A stretch of DNA of 64,000 nt from Octopus vulgaris (Eukaryota): assembly GCA_951406725.2 (NCBI GenBank), contig OX597821.1, positions 116,684,001-116,748,000 of the forward strand, written 5' to 3'. The notes below the pieces were generated by a model that worked only from the letters and a program-made list of their open reading frames with translations, had not been told where the DNA came from and did not search any database. A program made the translations under genes and the position numbers. Positions 26,043-38,224 of this stretch are shown piece after piece; within the stretch, counting starts at the first letter, position 1, and the number at the start of each line of letters is the position of its first letter.

Positions 26043-27029
26043 CCAGTACCATATGACTGGCTCCTGTGCCAGTGGCATGTAAAAAGCACCATTCGAGCAT
26101 GGTCAGTGCCAGTACCACCTGACTGGCCCTTGTGCCAATGGCATGTAAAAAAGCACCCACTACACTCTCGGAGTGGTTGGCATTAGGAAGGGCATCCAGC
26201 TGTAGTAACCTTGCCTGATCAGACTGGAGCCTGGTGCAGCCTTCCAGCTTGCCAGTCCTCATCAAACCGTCCAACCCATGCCAGCATGGAAAGCAGACAT
26301 ACGATGATGATACATATATATATATATGTATATACCAGTAACTGGTTCTACATACAAAGCACCCATGCTGGTGCCATGTAAAAAACACTCAGTACACTTT
26401 GTGGAGTGGTTGGCATTAGGAAGAGCATCTAACGATAGAAACCATGCCCAAACAGACAAATGGAACCTGAGAGCCTGTTGTAGCTGTCTGGGTTGCCACC
26501 TTCTCTTAGACTGTCCAACCCATGCCAGCATCAGAAACAGACATTAAATGATGATGATAACGAGTCAGAATAAAACAAATAAAAATTGCATTTCTCTCTG
26601 CCTCACCATCTCATCTCTTTCCTCCTCATCTCATCTCATCATCTTCATCGTTTAATATCCTCTTCCCATGCTGGCATAGTTTGGACAGTTTGACAGAGAC
26701 TGGCTAGTCAGAGAACTGTGCCAAGCTCTGCTGTCTACTTTGGCAGCATGCCCTCTCTGATGCCAGTCATGGACATAAAGGTCATGCTTTTATGGCCTCC
26801 ATTTTACTTAGCTAGATGAGTCTTCTCAAGCACAGCAAATCCTTTCATTCTTTTGTCATCTCTTCTGTCAGCTTCTTCAGATCATTTTTCACCACTTAAA
26901 TCCATGTCTTCCTTGCTCTTCCTCTTCCACAGGTTCCCTCCACATTTAGAGATTGGCACTTCATTCATACACATTACATGACCATACCAATGCTGTCTTC
27001 TCTCTTGTGCACTACATCTGGTCTATATA

Positions 27030-28391
27030 CAGGGTGTGTAAGGTATTTGAGGACATACCGTTTTGGGGGTCATTACTGCATTTTTTGCTAACTCTGTATA
27101 ATCTTTGTTTCAGAAAATAATAATGGCAGACCCTCAGCTTACTCAAGAAATGAAAAGGCATGCTATTATTGCGGTTATAAAGGCTGAGCATAGCAATTTA
27201 GAAATATCTTGATTTTTAAAAGTTGCCAGATCTTTTGTTTACAAAGTTCGTAAGGAGTTAGAGATGGAAACATATCACCAGTATCAAAGCATAAAAAGGA
27301 TTCTAATCATTCTGAAATCATCAGAACACCTGAATTTATCCAACAAGTTCAACAGACCATTGATTACAATCCCAGAAAGTCCATGAGGCCAGTTGCAAAA
27401 GATCTCCATGTTTCAGAAGGAACAGTCAGAAATGTTGTTCACGAAGACATCTGATATAAGTCTTATGTGATGAGGAAAGGTCAGTTTGTTAGAAAAAGCA
27501 AAAGAAAATCACTCCATCAGATCTAAAAGGTTCTTAAACAAACTGACAAATCCAGCAGAAGAAGATTTGATTTGGTTTTTCTCAAATGAGAAAAACTTCA
27601 ACCAAAATCAAGAAGTAGATGGTTATGTGCAGACCCTTCTGCAGTTCCAAGTGGTTTGCATACCAAATTTCCTGTAACTGCCATGGTTTTAGGGGTTGTC
27701 AGCAATAAAGGACATGTGATGCCTCCTTACTTCTTTCCACAAGGCCTTTGAGTTAACTCTGCCACCTACATTGAGGTCCTGGAAATAATTGTTAAGCCCT
27801 GGATATGCAATGTGTATGCAATGGAAGGCCATAGTTGTTTCAGTAACACACTGCGCTATCACACATGGCTCTAGTAACACAGGAATGGATGGCTGAAAAT
27901 TTCCATCTTCAGTCTCTAACTCCTTACAAACTTTGTAAACGAAAGATCTGGCAACTTTTAAAAATCAAGATATTTCTAAATCGCTATGCTCAGCCTTTAT
28001 AACTGCAATACTGGCATGCCTTTTCACATAACCCCTACCATTTGACCTCCTAATTCCCCAGATCTCAATCCATTGGACTATTACATGTGGAGCATTGTTG
28101 AGAGAGAGGTCAATGAACATACCCGTAACACCAAAGATTCTTTGAAAACTGCCATAGTCACAGTAATGTCAAAAATGAATCAGGCCCACTTGAATTGAGT
28201 ATGTAGATGATTTAGATCTCATATAGAAGCAGTTGTTGAAGCTGAAGGTGGTTTTATTGAATAACATTATAGAAAAGACGGTTTATTTTTTATCCTCATA
28301 GCATTTTTTGATAAATAAAGTTATTATCTGTTATTATATATCTGTTTTTTTTATAAACCTAAATCTGTCCTCAATTATCTTATGCACCCTC
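27030..28391 (+). mobile_element. Near full-length, inactivated maT-like Tc1/mariner transposon
   Basis: TIRs CAGGGTGTGTAAGGTATTTGAGGACA / TGTCCTCAATTATCTTATGCACCCTC with TA flanks; relic transposase MADPQLTQEMKRHA...WFFSNEKNF...PPNSPDLNPLDYYMW with stops. Confidence 0.92.
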
Positions 28392-28669
28392 TATGTAATA
28401 TATCTGTATTCTTTATTTTTTTACTCTTTTACTTCTTTCAGTCATTTGACTGTAGCCATGCTGGAGCACTGCCTTGAAGGGTTTTAGTCAAGCAAATCGA
28501 CCCCAGAACTTATTTCTTAAGTCACGTACTTATTCTATTAGTCTTTTTTGCTGAACTGTTATATTACAGGGATGTAAACACACCAACACCAGTTGTCAAG
28601 TGGTGGTAGGGAACAAAGACGGCCACAAAGACACACAAACATAGATATATATGCAGTCAGTCTAAACCA

Positions 28670-29108
28670 CTGGGTCTCAACTAGGGTTCACATGACTTAT
28701 AGGGGTCCATATCAGATTTCGTTGTTAAAATTTATGTGCAACAAATTGGTTATATTTGTAGAATACACAAAGTATTTTAACAATTATGTTTATAAAATTC
28801 CGGGGCTGGTGCCACGTAAAAAGCACCCTTGCCAATGCCACGTAAGAGCTCTGGTGCTGATGCCCTGTATAAAGCACCCAGCACACTCTGTGAAGTGGTT
28901 GGTGTTAGGAGGGGCATCCAGCCATAGAAACCATGCCAAAACAGGCAGGGAGCCTGGCCAGCTCCTGCCAAACCGTCCAACCCATGCCAGCAGGGAAAGT
29001 GGACGTTAAATGATGATGATCGAATGTCTGCGGGGGTCGATCTGTGTAAAATAGAAATCAAAGGCGTCCACAAGTGAAAAAACAAAAAAATGGTTGAGAA
29101 CCACCGAT
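28670..29108. mobile_element. hAT-like MITE interrupted by an RTE-tailed SINE
   Basis: Termini CACTGGGTCTCAAC ... GTTGAGAACCACCG with GGGGTCC subterminal motifs; a similar interrupted element lies at about 57131-57790. Confidence 0.5.
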
Positions 29109-30374
29109 CTGAATAAAAGATTGCCGAGACACTTTGCCTCGTTTGTTCAATGGGAAGCGATTTAAGAAGCTACGTAGTCGTAACGGAATTGTCTCCCTTG
29201 TATCATATGTCATTGCTATTTAAAAAAAAAACATCATCCCAGTATTTCTTTCGATCAGGCAAAAATGAACGGCCAGTGTAATTAATCTTAGCAGTATTTG
29301 AACCCGGAATGTAGAAGGACAGAGTAAATACTGTGAAGTATTTTAGTCATACATTCTGTCGCTTCTGCTAGCTTTTTGATGGGGTCTCTACGGCGTTTTC
29401 CTGACTTGCAAGATAGAGGAGCTAAATCTCCCTCAAATTCTGCACTATCATCTAAATAAAGGTAATGTGATCCTAGATAGTGTCTGTCTGAATGAAAGGT
29501 GAAACGGTTATACATTGATGGGACGTCTATGAACGCCGGTCTTTCTCGCTATCACTGTTTATCTGGAGTTAAACAACTCACAAATCGTGGATGAAACGTT
29601 TATGAGAAGTGTGCAGCAAAGTTGCGTCCCCTCAATATATATATATATATATCATCATCATCATCATCATCGTTTAACGTCCGCTTTCCATGCTAGCATG
29701 GGTTGGACGGTTCAACTGGGGTCTGGCAAGCCCGAAGGCTGCACCAGGCCAGTCAGATCTGGCAGTGTTTCTACAGCTGGATGCCCTTCCTAACGCCAAC
29801 CACTCCGAGAGTGTAGTGGGTGATTTTATGTGCCACCAACACAGGTGCCAGACGAGGCTGGCAGACGGCCACGCTCGGATGGTGTTTTTTATGTGCCACC
29901 GACACAGGTGCCAGACGAGGCTGGCAGACGGCCACGCTCGGATGGTGTTTTCTTATGTGCCACCGACACAGGTGCCAGACGAGGCTGGCGAACAGCCACG
30001 CTCGGATGGTGTTTGTTACGTGCCCTCAGCACGGAGGCCAGTCGATGCGGTACTGGCTACGGTCACGTTCGGATGGTTTTCTTATGTGCCACCGACACTG
30101 GTACCACAAGGATACAAATTCCATTGATGTTCATCTATTTTGATTTGGTTTGATTTGATTTGATTTGATTTTCACTTGCCTCAACAGGTCTTGTGTGTAT
30201 TTTATATTTAATTATATGTAAATATGTCCTTTTGAGCAGGGGTCGGTACTGCTTAAATACAGAGGTCCCTTAACGGTACTACTTAAATACAAAGGTCCCT
30301 ACGCATCTACGTAACCCGAACCCTAAAAACTTGCACGACAACTTTGTCAGTCAGTAGGATCTGACTGAAGTGGA

Positions 30375-30740
30375 TCTGCTCTATCCTTTCTGGTCTCTTA
30401 ATTCCACTGGTTGTAATCCCATGTGTTCCCATGTGGTGGGCATGGCTGAGAAAGGCATCAACTGCTCTACCTGTCATACCAAAGCCAAGCTGGTGGCCAA
30501 GATCAAGTATGTGTTCCAAGATCTTCCCAGGGACACATGGACAAATGTATTTGCCAGGTTCCAGAGCCATCTTGAGTCCATGGCAGAAGCTGACCATGGC
30601 TACTTGGAGTAAACTGCTATCTCCCAACCATAATCTGGTTGATATTTTTTAATCTTTTAAAATACAATTATTTTTGGATGGAATATTGTTTTTTCTTTCC
30701 CTTTTTTTGCAGACTGTGATTTTTTAGCCCGAACACCCTG
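30375..30740 (+). mobile_element. 3' fragment of another maT-like transposon
   Basis: FWSLNSTGCNPM (degenerate WPPxSPDxNP) ...RFQSHLESMAEADHGYLE*, ends CACCCTG|TA. Confidence 0.65.
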
Positions 30741-30970
30741 TATACATGTGTGTGTGTCCCCGTGTGGTGTCCCTGTCCATCCATCCGTCCATGACCACCA
30801 CCATACTTGACAACGAGTGTCCATGTTTCTGTAATTTAGCAGTTCAGCAAAAGAGATTGATAGCATAAGTACTGGGGTTGATCTGTTTTACCAGATACTT
30901 AAAAGCAGTGCCCCAGCATGGCCACATTCATCTAGTCATTTATCTAATATTTCTTTTATTTAATTGACAG

Positions 30971-31149
30971 GAGGGAAAACTGGTGTCTTTGACCTTGATG
31001 AACTTGCCACAGTTTTGAAAGAAGAGAATGCCAGGGACTTGTGCGTAATCAGTGTTCCTGCTGATATCAACTATGTGGACTATCTTGTATTAGTCAGTGG
31101 AATATCTCCAAGACATATTAAGGCCATGGCTGAGCTCATGAAATGGCTG
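30971..31149 (+). CDS. MALSU1: MALSU1 exon 2 (first half of RsfS/Iojap domain)
   Basis: Pyrimidine-rich acceptor ...TTGACAG|; encodes GKTGVFDLDELATVLKEENARDLCVISVPADINYVDYLVLVSGISPRHIKAMAELMKWL (D-x-x-V-I, YVDY-x-V-x-x-SG, S-x-RH motifs of RsfS); donor CTG|GTAAGT, phase 0. Confidence 0.93.
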
Positions 31150-31930
31150 GTAAGTCCTTTACTTTTCTCACTTTGTTTCACTTGTTTGACCGTGGTCTTG
31201 CTGAGGCTTAACCCTTTAACATTCTCTTTCGGTGACGCCGCGTCGCCTGTGGTGGACTGGGAAGCAACGACTAGCCTGCCCTCCAGGTCCACGGCTGTGA
31301 AAAGAAAATGAAGACGAGGCTGAGGGTCGACAGCGAGGAAGGCATGAGAAAGTGGAAAGGAAAAGAAAAAATCCCACGTTGGCGCAGGCGGAAACCGAAC
31401 GTTCAATTGAAAAAAGACAAACGAACAGATCAGTGGCGGATACCTGCAGACGAGCGAGCGAAGCTGCTGAAGCACATGACGACAGCGATGGCGAGGGCAC
31501 TCGTCTAAAGGCAGGTCGGCAGCGACAGAAAGTTGGGGACACGCCGGCCGTGTAGAGTCTATTGTAGGTGTATTTCAACCAGAAAAATGTTCACTTAAAG
31601 AGAATAACAAGCTACATAATGCAAAATTTTCACTTTTCAAAAATTCTAATTCTAAAGGGTCGGAACTAACCTGAGCAACGCCAAGCGATACTGGTAGTAA
31701 AAGATAAACGGGCGAAGAAAGGCCAATGACTTTTACCATTTTTTTCCTCGGCAGTAACTATTTGATGGCTTTGGAACCCCAACACATCATAGATTTGGCC
31801 TCTTTTCATCATCAGAATCTTCGCAAAGGACAACATGAAATAAATATAATTACATATTAGATCTGGAGGTTTACTGTCCTCTCTCTCTGGCTGTAAGCAA
31901 TGGATAATATGCATGATGAGTGCGTCTGTC

Positions 31931-31962
<32 letters not shown>

Positions 31963-32510
31963 AAGGATTTGTTATCCAAGCTTCCTTCAGTTGACAAGCG
32001 TCTGGCACTGGTTAAATGCCAGACTGATAACCTCTGACCTTTTCTAATTTAACACAATTGGTGAAGTGTGACTTCCAACAGATGGCAGTGTGGCAGCATC
32101 TCAGTTTGGTTGGTTAGGAGTGAAATGTTACCGGTTGATTGCTTTTACCCTGTTACTGGGATACATTATATATGTGTGTGTGTGTGTGTATACATATACA
32201 TCCAGATATATATACATAATGTATATACTATATATATATATATATATGTATATGTAGATAAATACATACATACATACACACACACACACATACATATTAA
32301 ATAATAAATAATATATTGTATATACACACACACGCACGCACACACACATATATATATATATATACATGCATATATGGGTACAGGATGTCACCAATGATTC
32401 AAACAACATGAAATACATAAACAAATGAGTTAAATACGTAAACAACAAGAAAAAAAAATGGAAAACACCTCCTACAGGCATTTTTTTCTCTCCTTGTTTT
32501 TTTCTGTGTA

Positions 32511-32548
32511 TCTTTCTGTTGAAGAGCGTAGGCTCGAAACGTAAAAGA
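32511..32548 (+). ncRNA. Hammerhead-like motif with variant core CUGUUGA (related copies 50243-50280 on -, 62573-62610 on +)
   Basis: TCTTT CTGTTGA A GAGC gtag GCTC GAAAC GTA AAAGA; perfect stems I and II; lies in a repeat ending in a (TA)n tract. Confidence 0.5.
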
Positions 32549-32643
32549 CTTTTTCTATTTATATTCCTGAGCGCCATACTAATACATTTGTTTGTTTGTA
32601 CTCCACCTGCCTTCATCTTTTGTTTATTTTCGTAAACTTTCCC

Positions 32644-32690
<47 letters not shown>

Positions 32691-32704
32691 TGTATGTATG
32701 TATG

Positions 32705-32753
<49 letters not shown>

Positions 32754-33543
32754 ATGGAGTTGCAATGGCTCAGTAGTTAGGGCAGTGGACTTGTGGTCAT
32801 AGGATCGCGGTTTCGATTCCCAGACCAGGTGTTGTGAGCGTTTACTGAACGAAAGCACCTAAACCTACACAAGGCTCCGGCAGGGGTGTGGTGGTGGACC
32901 CTGCTGTATTCTTTCACCACAATTTTCTCTCACTCTTTCTTCCTGTTTCTGTTGTACCTGTATTTCAAAGGACCAGCCTTGTCACACTCTGTATCACACT
33001 GAATCTCTGTTATGGCATGATTTCTACAAATGGATGCCCTTCTTAATGCCAGCCACTTTACAGTGTGTACTGGGTGCTTTTTTTTTTATGGCACCAGCAT
33101 TAATGAGGTTGTCACGTAATTGGCAGGGCAAAGAAAAGACTGTTTACTGAGTAGGGTTGTATTAAAGAGGAAAGTGGCTTTATGCCAGGGGTTGAAAAAC
33201 TAAAGTATGACAGAAGGACAGGAACAGGTGTCTTGCTGTAGAGGTCATATATGGTTACCCTGTATTATGTAAGTGTGGGTGGGGATGGCTGGAAAGAAGA
33301 CAATGGTGGTAGTGAGTAAGTGTCACAGTGTCCCCTCAAGATACAAGGTGAGAGATACCTGAGAGAATACAGACAAATGATCCGGAAGGGTAGGGAGGTA
33401 ATTTCATCATTGTGTGAAAGGAGGGAGCTTTTAGATGGTTAGAGATGGATGTAAAGGTGAATGTAGGGAGTCGAAGAAGGGTGGAAATATTTTTCTTTTC
33501 TAATGTTTCTGATTGTTTTTTGTTCTTTTTTTTTCCATTTCAG

Positions 33544-33625
33544 TATAAAAGAAAAAGGTCTCGTTATGATCCACCTTTACGTATTGAAGGCCTTCAAACA
33601 AATAACTGGATAGCAATGGATTTAG
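33544..33625 (+). CDS. MALSU1: MALSU1 exon 3
   Basis: Long poly-pyrimidine tract ending TTTCAG|; YKRKRSRYDPPLRIEGLQTNNWIAMDL (EG...W-x-x-x-D motif); donor TAG|GTATGT, phase 1. Confidence 0.93.
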
Positions 33626-35398
33626 GTATGTTGCTTGTTTAACCCTTTTAAATATCAGCCCATCTGAAACTTAAGGTCTTTTATGAGCCCTAGGATTCAA
33701 AAGGCCAGATTTTAACCCAGTTTCCATGGGGTACATCATCATCATCATCAACATCACTTAACTTCTGTTGTCCATGCTGGCATGGGTTGGATGGTTTGAC
33801 ATGAAACTGGTTAGCAGGGAGCTGTCTAGACCCCAACTGTCTGTTGTGACATGGTTTCTATAGCTGGATGCCCTTCCTAATGCCAGCCCCTTAACAGAGT
33901 GTGCTTGGTGCTTTTTACATGCCCCTGGGTACATATGACTGAAATCACAATACCCCCTTCCATTGACATCACACTGGTCCACCACAGGGTTAGCTTCTCA
34001 GTTATTACTTTAGCTCATTTTACAGCTGAGTGGACTGGGGCAACATAGAATGAAGTGTTTTGCTCAAGAGCACAACATACCAGCTTGTCCAGGAATTGAA
34101 ACTACAATCCTATAATTGAATGCAACACCCAAACCATTAGGGCAGGCACCTTTGCATATATATAGAAACATCATCACAATTAATTAAATGTTTTCAGGCT
34201 TACCAAACTCATGCCTTTGGAAACAGCAGAAGGTTGGTGACAGGGAAGGCACCCGGGGAAAGAAAATCTGCTGCAATAAATTCTGTCTGATCCATGCAAG
34301 CATGAAAAATTGGATATTCAGCTAGTGATAGGAATATAAATTGTGACTCAGGTTTGGTGGAAGATTGTAATTCAAAACTTTTGAAAACCAGACATTTGTA
34401 CTAGAACCCATGCTAGCATGGAAAGCGGACGTTAAATGATGATGATGATGATGAGAGCCAGAGGTGGCTTCAGCCAGGTTGGTAACAAAAGGTTTAATAC
34501 CCCAAAACAAAACATATAATGTAGTGAACTGTATAAAAATATTTTATGGTTATTTGGTATGTTATGGTCTTCATTGCTGTTCATTTGAAACTGGTTCAGT
34601 CTTCAATGTTCGTTTGGTGTTTAATTATCAGCTGCATTTGTTATGCCGTAACTTCATGTGACTGCATTTTAGGTTTCTGTTGTCATTTTTGTGTCCTTTC
34701 AATTCATTCCATTCATCTTTTGATCTTTATTTATATTCATGAACATTACCTGTATGAATATATATATGTATACACACACACACACATGCAGACGAGCATA
34801 CACACACAAAACATGTACACACACACGTGTGTACACAGATACATGCGTGCGCACATGGTTTTGCAGTTAAGTAGCTCTCTTTGCAAACATGTAGATTTAG
34901 GTTCAGTCCCACTGTGTGGCACCATGAGCAAGTGTCATCTACTATAGCCACCCCCCCCCCAGGCCAACCAAAAGTCTTCTGAGTAGATTTGGTAGATGGA
35001 AACTGAAAGAAGCCCATCTTACAAATATGTGTGTGTGTGTGCATGGCTCAGTGGTTAGAGCATCAGACTCACAGTCACGAGGTAGTGAGTTCAGTTCCTG
35101 AACTGGGCTGTGTGTTGTGCTCTTGAGCAAGACACTTTATTTCATGTTGCTCCAGTTCACTCAGCTGTAGAAATGAGTTGCGATGTCACTGGTGCCAAGC
35201 TGTATCAGCCTTTGCCTTTCCCTTGGACAGCATTGGTGGTGTGGGGGCAGAGAGGCTGGTCTTCCATAAACAACCTTACCTGGGTTTGTGCCTTGGAGGG
35301 TAACTTTCTAAGAACAATCCCATGGTCATGCACGACTGAAGCAGGGTGGTGGGGTGTCTTTATACACACACACATATTTCCATATAGAAACACATACT

Positions 35399-35440
<42 letters not shown>

Positions 35441-36896
35441 CCCATATTTTTGACTTTTACTTTTAAACTGGCCAAGACCTTTGGGGACATGCTGTGCTTG
35501 AGAAGATCCATCAAGCCAAGTGAAATTGTAGTCATGGCCAATGCTGGTTTCATGTAACTATCTATCATGCTGGTGGCACTTAAAGGGCACCTTTTGAGCG
35601 TTGGGCCACATGGAGGCAAAGAGGCTGAGTTCCTTTCAAGCATTGGACCTCACAGAGGCAATGACCGTGACCTTTGGCATCATCTCATGCTTGAGAAGAA
35701 GACCCATCAAGCCAAGCAAAATTGCAGTCGTGGAAGATGCTGGTGTCATGGAAATGGTACCCATGCTGGTGGTATGTAAAAACAGCCATTACACTTTCAG
35801 AGTGGTTGGTGTTAGGAAGGGCATCTAGCCATAGAAAACCATGCCAAATCAGACTGGAGTCTGGTGCAGGCTTCCAACTTACCAGCCATGATCAAACCAT
35901 CCAGCCCATGCCAGCATGGACAACAGATGTTAAATGATGAGGATGATGATAATGATGATGATACAGGGTCACAGATGACTTGATCCCTGTACTTATTCTT
36001 TTTTAAGCTTGGTACTTGTTCTATCACTCTCTTTTGCTGAACTGCTAAGTAATGGGGATGTAAACACACCAATTCCGGTTGTTCAGCAGTGTTGGGAGAC
36101 AAGACAACACACACTCACATGTATGATGGGCTTCTTTCAGTTTCCGTCTACCAAATCCACTCACAAGGCTTTAGTCAGCCCAAGCCTCTAGCAGAAGACA
36201 TTTGCCCAAGGTGCCATGCAGTGGGACTGAACCCAAAACCAATGTGATTGGGAGGCAAGCTTCTTACCACACCTATATACACATTATATATAATATATAT
36301 TCTTTATGTATATATGTGTGGGTGTGTGTTTGTGTGCAAAGATATATATCTATATATATGATAATATATTCACCCTTCTATGAAAAAAGAATTTGTGATG
36401 AACATGAGGAATTCATCATTGAAAGCTTTGTGGAGGACGAGGACTGTGTTGTGGTTGTTTTTGTGTAAAACTAAACTGGGATACATTCCAGTTGCCTTTA
36501 TGTTTTTTGTTACTATTTTTGTGTAATAATGTATTAGTGCTATATTGTTCTAAAGTTGTAACAAGGGAAAAAGAGAAAGAGAAACATGACAAAAAAAAAA
36601 TGCCAGTCCCATCTACAAAAGCCATAAAACATCACATTTTCTTTTTCAGACATTACTATTCATTTTTCTGATTTTTGCTCTGTTTATTTATTTTTGTGTT
36701 ATGTAACAAGCGTAGGTGTGGCTGTGTGGTTAGAAGCCTGTTTCCCAACCCCAAGTGTTTGGGTGTCTGGGTTCAGTTACACTACGTGGCACCTTGGGCT
36801 AGTGTCTTCTGCTATAGCCTCGGGCTGACCAAAGCCTTGTGAGTGGATTTTGTAGATGGGAACTGAAAGAAACCCATCATATATATATATATATAT

Positions 36897-37189
36897 GTAA
36901 ATATATGGCACAACGAAGTACCGATATTTACTGGAAATAGCGAACGTAATAATACGACGCTAATGTATAGCTTCACCGCGTTTGTACTAGCAAAAATGCA
37001 TGAGTGCAACAAACTTGAAAAATATTTCATCTTTCAGATGTTCTCCCTGGAGGTAAGACAATTTTTTTCAAGTTTGTTGCACTCATGCATTTTTGCTAGT
37101 ACAAACGCGGTGAAGCTATACATTAGCGTCGTATTATTACGTTCGCTATTTCCAGTAAATATCGGTACTTCGTTGTGCCATATATTTAC
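36897..37189. repeat. Perfect 126-bp inverted repeat with 41-nt loop
   Basis: Arm 36897-37022 is the exact reverse complement of 37064-37189 (the same peptide SSLLHSCIFASTNAVK... appears on both strands in the ORF track). Confidence 0.97.
37038..37052 (+). other. Candidate 15-nt cassette microexon in MALSU1 intron 3
   Basis: TATTTCATCTTTCAG|ATGTTCTCCCTGGAG|GTAAGA; length divisible by 3, same strand as MALSU1. Confidence 0.4.
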
Positions 37190-37256
37190 TTCTGTGTATA
37201 ATTTTCCCTCACGGGCTATTCTTTACTGGAAAGGCAATACTCTCGTATTGCATTAC

Positions 37257-37298
<42 letters not shown>

Positions 37299-37451
37299 CA
37301 CTGACTTGTTACACTAGATAATAATAGAGCTAATGATATCTTTGCAAATATTTTCTCCTGAATTATTTGCTCTGTATTGAAATTATATATAGATGTATAT
37401 ATATATATATATATCTGTAAATATAATATGTGACAATTATTTGGTAGCCAA

Positions 37452-37512
37452 GATAAAACTCTGAGTTTCGGATGCCGAGGTGGAAATCCACACCACCATC
37501 TCTTCAGTTATC
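37452..37512 (-). ncRNA. Hammerhead-like motif with long stem II
   Basis: Reverse complement: GATAA CTGAAGA GATG...GTGGA TT TCCAC...CATC C GAAAC TCAGA GTT TTATC; stem I GATAA/TTATC. Confidence 0.55.
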
Positions 37513-38191
37513 CGGCCATCGGAAAAACGCTATGAAAAAGGACCATTATACAAAGGGAAATTACTGTGTTATAGACCGCTATTTATACAAAAGCCCTAAT
37601 TCAAATGACCGCTAATTAAGATAAGGTTAAAAGTTCATATTATATTATATTTATTTACAGATAAATTCCTCTATTTACATAATACTGAGCTCTCTTTCTT
37701 TTGTTTTCTTACCGTTTTTACCAATATATGTATATATATATATATATATATACACATGCATATATAGATAGATGTGTATGTGAGTCATTGTGTATGTGTT
37801 TGTTCCCCACTACTGCTTGACAACTGGTGTTGGTGTGTTTATGTCCCTGTAACTCAGTCGTTTGGCAAAAGAGAATGATAGAGTAAGAACCAGGTTTTCA
37901 AAAACAAAAAAAAAAGGTATTTGGGTTGATTCATTTGACTAAAAACCTGTCAAGGCAGTGCCCCAGCATGGCCAGTGACTGAAACAGGTAAAAGTCAGAA
38001 TGTAAAAGACATATGAAATAATTTCTTAGTTGTTGACGGTGTTGGTGGTTGTGGTGGTGGTGGTGGTGGTGGTTGGGTGTGGTGGTTGCTGTTGTTGTTT
38101 CATCAGTCCTGGCTGAATGGACCTGTGTTCAACCCATGCCAGCCCATGGAAATTGGACATTAAATGATGATGATGACGATGATATGTGTGC

Positions 38192-38224
<33 letters not shown>

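Noticed and set aside
29820-30115. CRISPR-like repeat array
   Set aside because: Head-to-tail tandem units without unique spacers, in a eukaryotic retroelement, with no cas genes.
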